From a virus (lineage: Duplodnaviria; Caudoviricetes): a stretch of DNA of 64,000 nt. Numbering within the stretch: position 1 is the stretch's first letter; each line of letters opens with the position of its first letter. The position numbers and the translations under genes are program-made. The notes under the pieces were generated by a model. The model was not told the DNA's origin, ran no database searches, and saw nothing but the letters and a program-made list of their open reading frames with translations. Below are positions 18,501-27,049 of the stretch, one piece after another. Where the stretch lies: positions 128,001 to 192,000 of IMG/VR virus record IMGVR_UViG_3300032285_003957. One strand, 5' to 3'.

Positions 18501-21367
18501 TAAGCGGTTCAACGGCTTTTGATGACAATGCGGGTTTAACATATGTATTGTATGGCAAGAACGTATCAGATGATACCAATGATATTGGTATTCATCCATT
18601 TTATGATGATGTTTTTTATCAAGTTGTAAATGGTTATAGTTTCTTTGACCCACATGCGGGTAGTGTTGAATACAACGAAAAAATTGATAATGGAATTGTT
18701 AAAAACAGAATCAGAACAAAAGTAGGAACAAGGTATTACACCAATTATATTCAAAATTTTAATATTGACGCTACGGATGCTTTTTATACGTTACTACCAT
18801 GTGATGGCGCAAATACGCCTGATACAAATTTAAATGTAAACAAAGATTTAGCATTAGATGCTCAAAATGGTTATAGAATATTATGGTATACTGGTGAAAC
18901 GGCTAATGTAGATTATTCTAACAAAAAAATACCAAGCCCTTATGAATATATGTCAACACTTGTAACAGGTGGCACAAGAAACGGTGATAATATCTATGGG
19001 TTTGCTGACAACTACAGAAAAGTTATTGATTTAATTGCGACGTTTAGTCCTGAAATATTAGACAAGTTTGAAGAAACATTTTTAGAATTTGCATCTGAAA
19101 ATTTAAACTTAGAAATACCTTATGTTAGATATCCAAATGTCAGCATGAGTAAATTCCAAGATTTATTGAAATCCATTGTTACGGTAGGTAAGTCTAATAT
19201 TACTTCAACAGAAACGGATGCGGTTATTAAAGAGTTGAGTGAAAAACAAGGTGCAAGACTTAAAACAATGACCACAGCTATGCTTGCACAAAATAGTTTA
19301 ATGAAACTTACAATATCAAATCCAAAAGATATTGATATTAACATTTTAGGTGGATTTGTTGGCTTTGAAAAAATTAGAACATCATATGGTCCATATCAGG
19401 AATACAAATACGAAGACAACAAAAAATATATCGATTTATACATCGGGGAAGAATTAGACATAACTAAAAAGTATAAAAGATTCTTCATGGATAATAACAT
19501 TGACCTCAATGAACAAAATGTTAGAGCGCTAAGACCATTGGTTTATATATATGCAGGTGGGATGGCACATAACTTTAATACCCCTGAGGGATTTAAAGTT
19601 TATTTGACGGAAAATATTATCCTTCCTTATACAACAAGAAATAGATTATTCATCGATTTAATTATTAGAGGATTTAAAGATTTGCAAAATACAAACGGCG
19701 GAAGTCCGTTAAGTTTATACAAAGGTTATAATACCGAAATCAACAAAATAAACATGTATAGTGATTTTAAATCATTTAACGATAAATGGGTTGCAGGTAA
19801 CTCAATCGGTCAGCGTTTATTATTAGAAGAATTTTTGTTTATCGATAGAGCAAACAGAGATATTGGTGATAACGCTTATGTTGATATTGGTAAAATCATT
19901 TCACTTGACGACTCCCAAAATACTAAAACATCAATATATAGTGCAATAGGGACACTCATTGAAGGTTCTAACTTTATATTCAGAGGATTACCTGCGTATG
20001 TAAATTTCTACGGCTCAAATTTATCTACCAAATCAAAATTGGAAGGTTCTAAAAAAACAGCAAGAAATATTTTTGGAACATTCTTGGAAGTAGATTACCA
20101 AGAAGCAAGTCCAAAGATGATTATTCAATACGTTGGCCCAACATCAAAACATCTTGATATGGAATATATTCAAGACAAGATGAAATTTAAAAATGATAGC
20201 GGTAATTTATTTGACATGAACGCAAGTCCATTAATCATTACCAATAACGATATTCTAAAAACAGGAGATTTAAATAAATCAAATAAGGTTGTTGCGTTTG
20301 AAATTAGTATTGGTGACCAAGCAAATGGTTTGTTTAAAGGAATAAAACTTGACCAAGCAACGTTAAGAAATTCATATGCATCACAAATTGTAAATGAAAA
20401 CATGGGTCGTTCTGAAACTGGTTCGGGTGTTTATCAAGTTGATATCGGGTTGTTTGACATATACAGACAAGTATCCTATACTTGCGAAGTAACAATGATG
20501 GGATGTGCAATGATACAACCGTCCATGTATTTCTATTTGAAAAATGTTCCAATGTTTAAGGGTTCATATTGGATTACGGAAGTAAAACATAACATTAGAA
20601 ATAATGGTATGGAAACATCCTTTACGGGATATAGAATGCCATATGCTGCATTACCTGACCCTAAGGATTCAATCATGTTAGCTTATAGAGCATTATTCGA
20701 ATCAATAACTAATAAAGCAATAGCGTTAGTTAAATCTGAAAATACAAACATTGCAAGCAAATCAAATGTTGCGACTCAAAACGATAAAAATATTATAGAC
20801 CAAAAAGGTAAACAAAAAACAATCAACGAAGGTGACCCTAAAGCATTACCTAAAAACTTTGTTGAAACCAAAATTAATAAATCCGATTTATACAATGAGG
20901 TTATACCTTATAATGGTTACGAAGGTGAAAAGCTTATTCAATTAGTTAAACTTGAAGATGGTGTTGAATGGTTAAAAGCAGTTGCATGCACATTGGGTGG
21001 TAAAAATAATTCACTTGACGATAATACAGCATTCTATATTGCCACTTTCGCTTCAGGAACTCAAACAACATGGAAAAATTTGAAAGGATTTACAGATACA
21101 GCCAGTATGTATACAACAAAATTCAAACAAGACCATTTGAATGAATTACAAATAACCAATTTACAAAACAAGAGCACAGTATTTTTAAACCCGTATAATA
21201 ATAAAACATTGAATGTAACACATTCATTATGTCCTAATTGTCCAATCCCTAACGGACCAATTGGTATAGGGCCAAATAGCAACAAGTATGGTATTGCATT
21301 ATCTAAAGCAGCTATGTCTCGTTTAGGGTTATACGAAGGTCAAACAGTTTATTTCAGGTTTAAATAG
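15581..21367 (+). CDS. Very large baseplate hub protein (gp27/VgrG-like) with a C-terminal DPBB-like tail
   Basis: YTCEVTMMGCAMIQPSMYFYLKNVPMFKGSYWITEVKHNI is a typical hub C-terminal motif; synteny after the LysM gene agrees. Confidence 0.65.
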   Translation: MANSNIPGNENILVKVDQNNIVFIDPNSVVENGDVKTRNVQQENLVIYVNLEADLIERTVLAVNNTEEPSAKSSLLSVAKGTLNMLKNNNGNDFDTTWTNSFIENTKTTTNNGKTTKTFVDSMADSSAQSFGIESVNITIAGANFIPQININFIDVRGKTLFESPKNSPYSAFFHLPWPIFYLTVKGFYGKAIRYRLHLVDFSSSFNGTTGNFDINTTFVGSTYAYLNDIPLDGAFTAPYLYSIEKDRKSTTVEKQVTNNGKTTTEKTTTTKINISKNSKGYQMLHSVYQEYIQKGLLPKNFRTITLSELVNKAKSLDMVIEQSIFKGVDAKVFAGIKEYEDTLNDFETSLNAWKSSYTDTKPITVGNKVYYPLKASLNGKTDSVFNTSDANSLVSILKSYPEKLSKSAIFIDKFVKDKTNASFKGLSFVYKNYIQDVGKYTLEDSPNFLVNISGDETNPTSILNDLYRMFASFVEQRDKFQKKIEELINNVIRDSKTGLGFEPTVRNVIGVLLANADVYVRLLKDVHTRAFNAGAKRKDKVTPMCNETIGKNEVYPWPEITKASSGSKQKVIVYPGDESMYRTLGSNDPSLWPEVEFVENYIAVSTKRVDPKADKEGGVNKVDFVFEQDEKYSKTKRISTLFQLWDDAPYVNKTLSSVLFEIWERARYATFYDSYDLKVVEEIAKIESENLKECITEDLDIIEMLKSVLTVNKDDNAAGITDSYHKFLAYLDSFSPFERAPYLKDFLPTVPYVKDIITQSFTLEQYGDATIFVNNDKDYPKLSTFIKSYEPEKYRADIYPFKSPTYLSYLNLTKFDKVKQLRMSNILNVNTEDGLISTSNNLKWVKSGFEDNLFKNQITFPNQTKVHILNTPYFHKALLYDVSRPVSYAKYVGSAYLLLNSLPFKDLSDTMIDETTKSEVMLSTMFKEAGASHTIPYHLICKWGSIYHRYKNYVLDGGDILSGFTTSNMINPISGSTAFDDNAGLTYVLYGKNVSDDTNDIGIHPFYDDVFYQVVNGYSFFDPHAGSVEYNEKIDNGIVKNRIRTKVGTRYYTNYIQNFNIDATDAFYTLLPCDGANTPDTNLNVNKDLALDAQNGYRILWYTGETANVDYSNKKIPSPYEYMSTLVTGGTRNGDNIYGFADNYRKVIDLIATFSPEILDKFEETFLEFASENLNLEIPYVRYPNVSMSKFQDLLKSIVTVGKSNITSTETDAVIKELSEKQGARLKTMTTAMLAQNSLMKLTISNPKDIDINILGGFVGFEKIRTSYGPYQEYKYEDNKKYIDLYIGEELDITKKYKRFFMDNNIDLNEQNVRALRPLVYIYAGGMAHNFNTPEGFKVYLTENIILPYTTRNRLFIDLIIRGFKDLQNTNGGSPLSLYKGYNTEINKINMYSDFKSFNDKWVAGNSIGQRLLLEEFLFIDRANRDIGDNAYVDIGKIISLDDSQNTKTSIYSAIGTLIEGSNFIFRGLPAYVNFYGSNLSTKSKLEGSKKTARNIFGTFLEVDYQEASPKMIIQYVGPTSKHLDMEYIQDKMKFKNDSGNLFDMNASPLIITNNDILKTGDLNKSNKVVAFEISIGDQANGLFKGIKLDQATLRNSYASQIVNENMGRSETGSGVYQVDIGLFDIYRQVSYTCEVTMMGCAMIQPSMYFYLKNVPMFKGSYWITEVKHNIRNNGMETSFTGYRMPYAALPDPKDSIMLAYRALFESITNKAIALVKSENTNIASKSNVATQNDKNIIDQKGKQKTINEGDPKALPKNFVETKINKSDLYNEVIPYNGYEGEKLIQLVKLEDGVEWLKAVACTLGGKNNSLDDNTAFYIATFASGTQTTWKNLKGFTDTASMYTTKFKQDHLNELQITNLQNKSTVFLNPYNNKTLNVTHSLCPNCPIPNGPIGIGPNSNKYGIALSKAAMSRLGLYEGQTVYFRFK

Positions 21368-21412
21368 AAATAATAAGATTATTGGGATATTTATATTAAT
21401 AAAAAGAATATT

Positions 21413-21616
21413 ATGGAAAATAATAGATTAAACAATGCAATGGATCAATTCTTACAACCAAAACAAGTTAAGAGAGTATCTCAAGACGGTATGGAAAGAG
21501 AAGAGTGTGATTTAATGACAGGCGAATGTTATACAATCAGAGAAAAAGACGGTATAGTTGAAAGAATAAATAAAAGATACATTACCAACGACGGTAGACA
21601 ATTATTACAAGATTAA
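21413..21616 (+). CDS. Hypothetical protein (67 aa)
   Basis: ORF preceded by a TATTTATA motif; codon usage is normal. Confidence 0.6.
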   Translation: MENNRLNNAMDQFLQPKQVKRVSQDGMEREECDLMTGECYTIREKDGIVERINKRYITNDGRQLLQD

Positions 21617-21619
21617 GCT

Positions 21620-22300
21620 ATGTTAGAACAAAAATTACAAGAAGAATTAAATCGTTATAAAGCCATTAACAAATATGGTAAAAAAATGATTATGGAACAA
21701 GACGCACCGCCAGATGCAGCAGCAGGCGCAGCGCCTCCAGACCCTTCAGCGGCGGCAGCACCGGACCCATCGGCAGGAGCAGCGGCAGCACCTGACCCTT
21801 CAGCAGCACCCGCACCAGGTGGTGCAACTCCCCCTCCTGCAGCAGGCGCAGCAGCACCGGCAGCGGATAAAACTGAAGAATTAGATATTACTGATTTAGT
21901 TGATATGGTGAAAAGTATTAAAAACCATCAAGAACAATCAGGAAATGGTGATTCTGAAGCAACAAGCAAAATGGATGACGTATTCTCTAAATTAAACGAT
22001 TTAGAAAGTAAGTTAGGTGTTATGGACCAATTGATTAATAAAATTGACCAATTAGGTTCAGAAGTTAAGCAAATGAAACCAAAAACAGAACAAGAGAAAT
22101 TAGAGATGCGTTCATTGGATTCATATCCGTTTAACCAAAATCCTCAGCAATTCTTTGCACAAAAGCAACCTGAAATGCAAGCAACAGGTAAAAACGAATA
22201 TGTGTTAACTAAGAATGATGTTAATGATTACTCAAATAATATGATAAGAGACACCTTCGGTGGTGAAAATAATACTAACGAAGATGAATTTAAGTTCTAA
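21620..22300 (+). CDS. Hypothetical protein with a Pro/Ala-rich linker and coiled coil
   Basis: PDPSA repeats followed by a heptad-like segment (MDDVFSKLNDLESKLGVMDQLINKIDQL). Confidence 0.65.
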   Translation: MLEQKLQEELNRYKAINKYGKKMIMEQDAPPDAAAGAAPPDPSAAAAPDPSAGAAAAPDPSAAPAPGGATPPPAAGAAAPAADKTEELDITDLVDMVKSIKNHQEQSGNGDSEATSKMDDVFSKLNDLESKLGVMDQLINKIDQLGSEVKQMKPKTEQEKLEMRSLDSYPFNQNPQQFFAQKQPEMQATGKNEYVLTKNDVNDYSNNMIRDTFGGENNTNEDEFKF

Positions 22301-22655
22301 TGTAAATTTCTTTTTGGGGCTACAATGCCAAATAAAAATAATGCACTGGCAAACTAAGGGTTATGCAAGACATAAAGCTTTGGACGATACATTTGGTGAA
22401 TTATTAGATTTGGTAGATACCTTTGTTGAAGAAGCAATGGGTAAGTATGGTCGCTTTAAATTAGATGATGAAACTAATACAATAAAATTAGCAAACTTAA
22501 GTGAACTTGACCCTAAAGCAATGGTTAAAACAGTTTGCGAAGCATTAATACAAATAACAGACCAAGTTGAAGAAACGGATACAAATTTATTAAACGTAAG
22601 AGACGAAATGTTAGGCTTATTTAATAAATTAAACTATCTTTTAACTTTAGAATAA
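22284..22655 (+). CDS. Ferritin/Dps-like four-helix-bundle protein
   Basis: IMHWQTKGYARHKALDDTFGELLDLVDTFVEE resembles the Dps ferroxidase pattern (HW..H...D...E). The probable start is ATG 22284. Confidence 0.6.
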   Translation: MNLSSNVNFFLGLQCQIKIMHWQTKGYARHKALDDTFGELLDLVDTFVEEAMGKYGRFKLDDETNTIKLANLSELDPKAMVKTVCEALIQITDQVEETDTNLLNVRDEMLGLFNKLNYLLTLE

Positions 22656-22668
22656 AAACAATTTAAAA

Positions 22669-23544
22669 ATGATATCAGGATCAGCAGCAGCATCTGCATC
22701 TAGCACAACAAGGGGAACCTTATCATATATAAACAATTTAATAACTGGTGCAACATTATCCGGTTCATACACTGTTTATGCAAATGAAAAAACCATGGAC
22801 GATAACATGGCCTATGTGTTAAGAACAACATATGGTTATAATGTAACCAAACTAAATGAATTTATGGGGACACTTTCTGAATATTCAATCAATTGGGGCG
22901 GACCTGCAGCAAGTTCAGGAACAATATTATTTAACGGACAAGACCCGACTAACAATGGTTCATACGTTTCAGCACCAAGAGCAACTATTGCAACATGGTT
23001 ACCAGGAAATGATGACTTCACAGTAGAGTGGTTCCAATATCAAACACAATTAACATCACACCCAAGAGTGTTCTCTATTGGTCCTGATACAACACCAAAA
23101 TATGGTGTTAGTATTGAAGGAAATAGCATATATACATGGCCAGGAGGAAATGCATATGCTATAGGAAAGACATATCAAAATACTTGGATACATGTTGCGC
23201 TTGTAAGAACTTCAGGTTCAACTAAATGTTATATCGATGGAACACAAGTAGGAACAGCACAATCTAATGCTGTTACAATAAGTGGAGCAACATATGACTT
23301 CTTTATTGGTGCGGATGGATTGTCAGCGGGTGATGGATTCCCTGGTAAAATTACTAACTTCCGTTGGACAAATTCAGCGGTTTACAGCTCAAACTTTACA
23401 AGACCAAGCTCACCATTGACAGTATTACCACAAACTAAGTTATTATTATTAGGTGGTTCTCCTGCGAACCCTGTGGTGGATTCAACGGGAATCAATACAT
23501 TGACAAACTTCAATACAACATGGGGGCCTGAGTCACCATTCTAA
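22669..23544 (+). CDS. Putative virion protein with a LamG/concanavalin-A-like domain
   Basis: DFTVEWF, TWIHVALVRTSGSTKCYIDG, FFIGADG and FPGKITNFRWT are LamG-like motifs. Confidence 0.75.
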   Translation: MISGSAAASASSTTRGTLSYINNLITGATLSGSYTVYANEKTMDDNMAYVLRTTYGYNVTKLNEFMGTLSEYSINWGGPAASSGTILFNGQDPTNNGSYVSAPRATIATWLPGNDDFTVEWFQYQTQLTSHPRVFSIGPDTTPKYGVSIEGNSIYTWPGGNAYAIGKTYQNTWIHVALVRTSGSTKCYIDGTQVGTAQSNAVTISGATYDFFIGADGLSAGDGFPGKITNFRWTNSAVYSSNFTRPSSPLTVLPQTKLLLLGGSPANPVVDSTGINTLTNFNTTWGPESPF

Positions 23545-23569
23545 TAACAAAAATACATTTAAAATAATT

Positions 23570-23599
23570 AAGCCCGGATTTTTTAATTCGGGTTTTTTT
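23570..23599 (+). terminator. Intrinsic terminator
   Basis: AAGCCCGGATT-TTTT-AATTCGGGTTT followed by Ts. Confidence 0.7.
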
Positions 23600-23643
23600 A
23601 TTTATATTTTCTTATAACAATTTTCTAATTAAAATTTTTTATT

Positions 23644-24489
23644 ATGTCAACATTTGATGCAGTTCTCGCTCAATACGAGAAAAACAAAAACGCCGCAAGC
23701 GGCAGCGCAAACAAGATGTCTCAAGAAGACAGATTAAAACGTTATTTCACAACAGTATTACCTAAAGGGGTAAGAAATGAAGAAAGACGTATCCGTATTT
23801 TACCTACAAGTGATGGTTCATCACCATTTAAAGAGGTAAATTTCCATGAAATCCAAGTGGATGGTAAATGGACAAAATTATACGACCCTGCTCAAGAAGG
23901 GAAGCGTTCTCCTTTAAATGAAGTTAGAGAAGCTTTAAGTATGACAGGTATTGAAGCTGACAGAGAGTTAGCTCGTCAATATCGTTCTCGCAAGTTTTTT
24001 ATTGTTAAGGTAATCGATAGAGACCACGAAGAAGATGGTCCTAAGTTTTGGAGATTTAAAAACAATGTTAAACAAGATGGTATCTTAGACAAGATTTTCC
24101 CAATCTTCCAAAAGAAAGGTGACATTACCCACCCTGAAACAGGTAGAGATTTAACTTTATTTTTATCTTTAACTAAAGCAGGAACAGGTAAAGAATACAC
24201 AACAATCAATTCAGTAATTCCTGAAGACCCAAGTCCATTACATGCGGACGCAAATGTTGCAAAAACATGGGTTGAAGATCCTGCAACTTGGTCTGATGTT
24301 TACTCTAAAAAGAGTGAAGATTATCTTGACATGGTTGCTAAAGGTGAAGTTCCACGTTGGGATTCAGTTACAGGTAAATGGGTTTCAAACTCACAAGCTG
24401 AAGAAACTTTAGGTGCACCACAAAAAACAGTAACAACTGTTGAGGACCCACAAGAAAACGACGAAGCGGACGAGGACTTACCGTTCTAA
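23644..24489 (+). CDS. Single-stranded DNA-binding protein (T4 gp32-like)
   Basis: RIRILP, FFIVKVIDR, GPKFWRF and GDITHPETGRDL motifs, an acidic C-terminus, and position next to the recombinase. Confidence 0.8.
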   Translation: MSTFDAVLAQYEKNKNAASGSANKMSQEDRLKRYFTTVLPKGVRNEERRIRILPTSDGSSPFKEVNFHEIQVDGKWTKLYDPAQEGKRSPLNEVREALSMTGIEADRELARQYRSRKFFIVKVIDRDHEEDGPKFWRFKNNVKQDGILDKIFPIFQKKGDITHPETGRDLTLFLSLTKAGTGKEYTTINSVIPEDPSPLHADANVAKTWVEDPATWSDVYSKKSEDYLDMVAKGEVPRWDSVTGKWVSNSQAEETLGAPQKTVTTVEDPQENDEADEDLPF

Positions 24490-24544
24490 TTATTAATGGA
24501 GGGGTGGAGATAACGTCAGAAACCCCATTTTTAAAAACAATTTT

Positions 24545-25549
24545 ATGGGTATAAAGAAAAATAAATTTAATTCGGACGACATAAAGAAAAAATTCTCATC
24601 GACAACAAAATATAAAGAAGCAAGTTTTTATAATTGCGGTGAGGCTTTTTTAAGAGCAACAGGTTTACCGGGTCCTATTATGGGTGGTATTAATATGTTG
24701 TTAGGTCACTCTAATACATCCAAAACAACTGCATTAATTTTAGCTGCGGCAGATGCACAAAAGAAAGGTCATCTTCCTGTATTCATTATTACTGAAAAGA
24801 AATGGAATTGGGAACACGCCGTTCAATTAGGATTACAAGCAGAAAAAGATGAGAATGGTGAATGGGTTGGAGACTTCATTTTTAACGATAGCTTTGAATA
24901 TATTGAGCAAATTACTGACTTCATGAACGAAGTATTAGATGCTCAAGAAAAAGGAGATTTAGACCAATCAATTTTATTCTTATGGGACTCAGTTGGTTCT
25001 GTTCCTTGTAAGATGACATTTGAAGGTAAAGGTGGTAAGCAACATAATGCTGCAGCCTTAGCTGACAAAATTGGTATGGGTCTTCATTCAAGAATTTCAA
25101 AATCTAAAAAAGAAGATTATCCAACAAAAGAAAACCCATTATACAGCACATTGATTGTTGTTAACCAACCTTGGGTAGATTTACCAGATAATCCATTTGG
25201 ACAACCTGAAATCAAAGCAAAAGGTGGTGAAGCATTATGGTTAGCATCATCATTTGTATTCTTATTTGGTAATCAAAAGAAAGCGGGTATCAATCATATT
25301 GACGCAACTAAAGACGGAAGAAAAGTTGCATTTGCTATCAGAACTAAAATCTCAGTATTAAAAAACCACGTAAATGGTTTACAATATAAAGACGGTAAGG
25401 TGATTGCCGTTCCAACGGGTTATATTGATGATACAAAAGAAGCTTTAGAGGAATACAAGAAAGAATATTCAAAAAATTGGAAGGACAGTATGGGTAACAT
25501 AACTCCTCTTGAATTATTTGAAAACGAAGAAGACAATATTGAAGAATAA
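24545..25549 (+). CDS. RecA/UvsX-like recombinase
   Basis: Walker A variant GHSNTSKT, Walker B LFLWDSVGS, IVVNQ and KGGEAL. Confidence 0.85.
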   Translation: MGIKKNKFNSDDIKKKFSSTTKYKEASFYNCGEAFLRATGLPGPIMGGINMLLGHSNTSKTTALILAAADAQKKGHLPVFIITEKKWNWEHAVQLGLQAEKDENGEWVGDFIFNDSFEYIEQITDFMNEVLDAQEKGDLDQSILFLWDSVGSVPCKMTFEGKGGKQHNAAALADKIGMGLHSRISKSKKEDYPTKENPLYSTLIVVNQPWVDLPDNPFGQPEIKAKGGEALWLASSFVFLFGNQKKAGINHIDATKDGRKVAFAIRTKISVLKNHVNGLQYKDGKVIAVPTGYIDDTKEALEEYKKEYSKNWKDSMGNITPLELFENEEDNIEE

Positions 25550-25564
25550 TAAACAAAATTTAAA

Positions 25565-26596
25565 ATGTCGGTTTTATTAGTAGATGGAGACAATTTACTC
25601 ACAATTGGTTTTTACGGCTACAAAAATGCCTTTTATAAGGGACAACATATTGGAGGAATTTTTCATTTTCTTAATACTCTTAGGAGAGAATTTGAAAAAC
25701 ACCATTTAGATAAAATCGTTGTCTTTTGGGATGGTAAAGACGGGGCATTAAGCCGTAAAAAAATCTACCCCTACTATAAAGAAAATAGAAAGGAAAGAAT
25801 AAGAACCGAGGAAGAATTAAATTCGTATCAATACCAAAGACATAGAATCAAAGAATATCTTGAAGAACTTTACGTTAGACAAGGTGAATTTGAACAATGT
25901 GAAACCGACGATTGCATTGCTTATTATACACAAAATTCAAACAAAGAAAACAAAATAGTTTATTCATCCGATGGGGATTTAACACAATTGGTTTCACCAA
26001 CAACACAAATTTACAACCCATCACATCAAAAACTTTACAAACAGAACGATACGATTGTTTATGACCACGAAGAGATTTTAATTGAAAATGTTAAAATTGT
26101 TAAAATGTTATGTGGGGACAATTCAGACAATATTGCAGGCATAAGAGGAATGGGAGTTAGAAGGTTTTTATCTTTAATCCCTGAACTAAAGACAGAGCAC
26201 TTATCTGTCCAACAAGTAAAAGACAAATGTAACGCGATTTTTGAAGCTGACAAGTATAATAAGTCAGTTGCAAATTTACTTACAGGAGTAACAAAGCACG
26301 GCGTATTAGGTGAAGAATTTTTCGATATAAACAATCGTATTGTAAGTTTGGAGGAGCCACTTTTAACTGATGAAGCAAAAGAAGTTATCACGCTATTAAT
26401 TAATGAAATATTAGAGCAAGAAGGTAGGTCCTATAAAAATGCCATGAAAATGATGAAGGACGACGGCTTGTTTAATCTCCTACCTAAATCAGAAGACGGA
26501 TGGATTAATTTTTTAGACCCATTCCTTAGGTTAACAAGAAAAGAAAAAAATAATAATAATAAAAAAAAAATGATTAAAATTAAAAATTATGAGTAA
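25565..26596 (+). CDS. 5'-3' exonuclease / flap endonuclease (T4 RNase H-like)
   Basis: LLVDGDNL, VFWDG, YKENR, ETDDCIA, SSDGDLTQL and GDNSDNIAGIRGMG (helix-hairpin-helix). Confidence 0.9.
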   Translation: MSVLLVDGDNLLTIGFYGYKNAFYKGQHIGGIFHFLNTLRREFEKHHLDKIVVFWDGKDGALSRKKIYPYYKENRKERIRTEEELNSYQYQRHRIKEYLEELYVRQGEFEQCETDDCIAYYTQNSNKENKIVYSSDGDLTQLVSPTTQIYNPSHQKLYKQNDTIVYDHEEILIENVKIVKMLCGDNSDNIAGIRGMGVRRFLSLIPELKTEHLSVQQVKDKCNAIFEADKYNKSVANLLTGVTKHGVLGEEFFDINNRIVSLEEPLLTDEAKEVITLLINEILEQEGRSYKNAMKMMKDDGLFNLLPKSEDGWINFLDPFLRLTRKEKNNNNKKKMIKIKNYE

Positions 26597-27038
26597 TCAA
26601 CAGTTAGACATCACAAAATTTGAGTTCTTGTTATCATTAGACGGTAACATTATTTGTCAACGATTTTTCAATGTCAAAGACCACAATCCTGCTGCTCGCA
26701 GAAGTATGGATTTACATTATTATGTAAAAAATATTTGTGAGGATATTAGTGAGGATTTAAAAATAAAAAGTTCCAATTATCTATGCGAAAATCAAAATTA
26801 TATCCTAAATTTTGAAAATGTGGAAGATTCAAAAATCAATGAAAAAGAAGAATTTTTATTGGAAATTAAGATAGGAGAGGACGTATTTATTCAAAGGATG
26901 TTCCCCGCTTATTACTACCACCCAAAGGTTAGATATGCCGTGGACATCAGACCGAGACTTAAGACTATATTGACAGACTTGACTGACATTTTGTCTTCAG
27001 AAGAATTGGAAACAACTTATTTACAATACGAATTATAA
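26589..27038 (+). CDS. Hypothetical protein in the replication operon
   Basis: 149-aa ORF overlapping the upstream gene by 8 nt. Confidence 0.65.
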   Translation: MSNQQLDITKFEFLLSLDGNIICQRFFNVKDHNPAARRSMDLHYYVKNICEDISEDLKIKSSNYLCENQNYILNFENVEDSKINEKEEFLLEIKIGEDVFIQRMFPAYYYHPKVRYAVDIRPRLKTILTDLTDILSSEELETTYLQYEL

Positions 27039-27049
27039 TAAAAACAAAC

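Noticed and set aside
3827-21367. Bacterial eCIS/tailocin or T6SS locus
   Set aside because: The tail genes are interleaved with phage replication genes and neck genes, and no host housekeeping context is present.
24497-24532. GGGGT...ACCCC-ATTTTT possible terminator or RNA element after the SSB gene
   Set aside because: Only about 5 outer pairs plus 2 inner pairs with a large mismatched interior; too weak to call.
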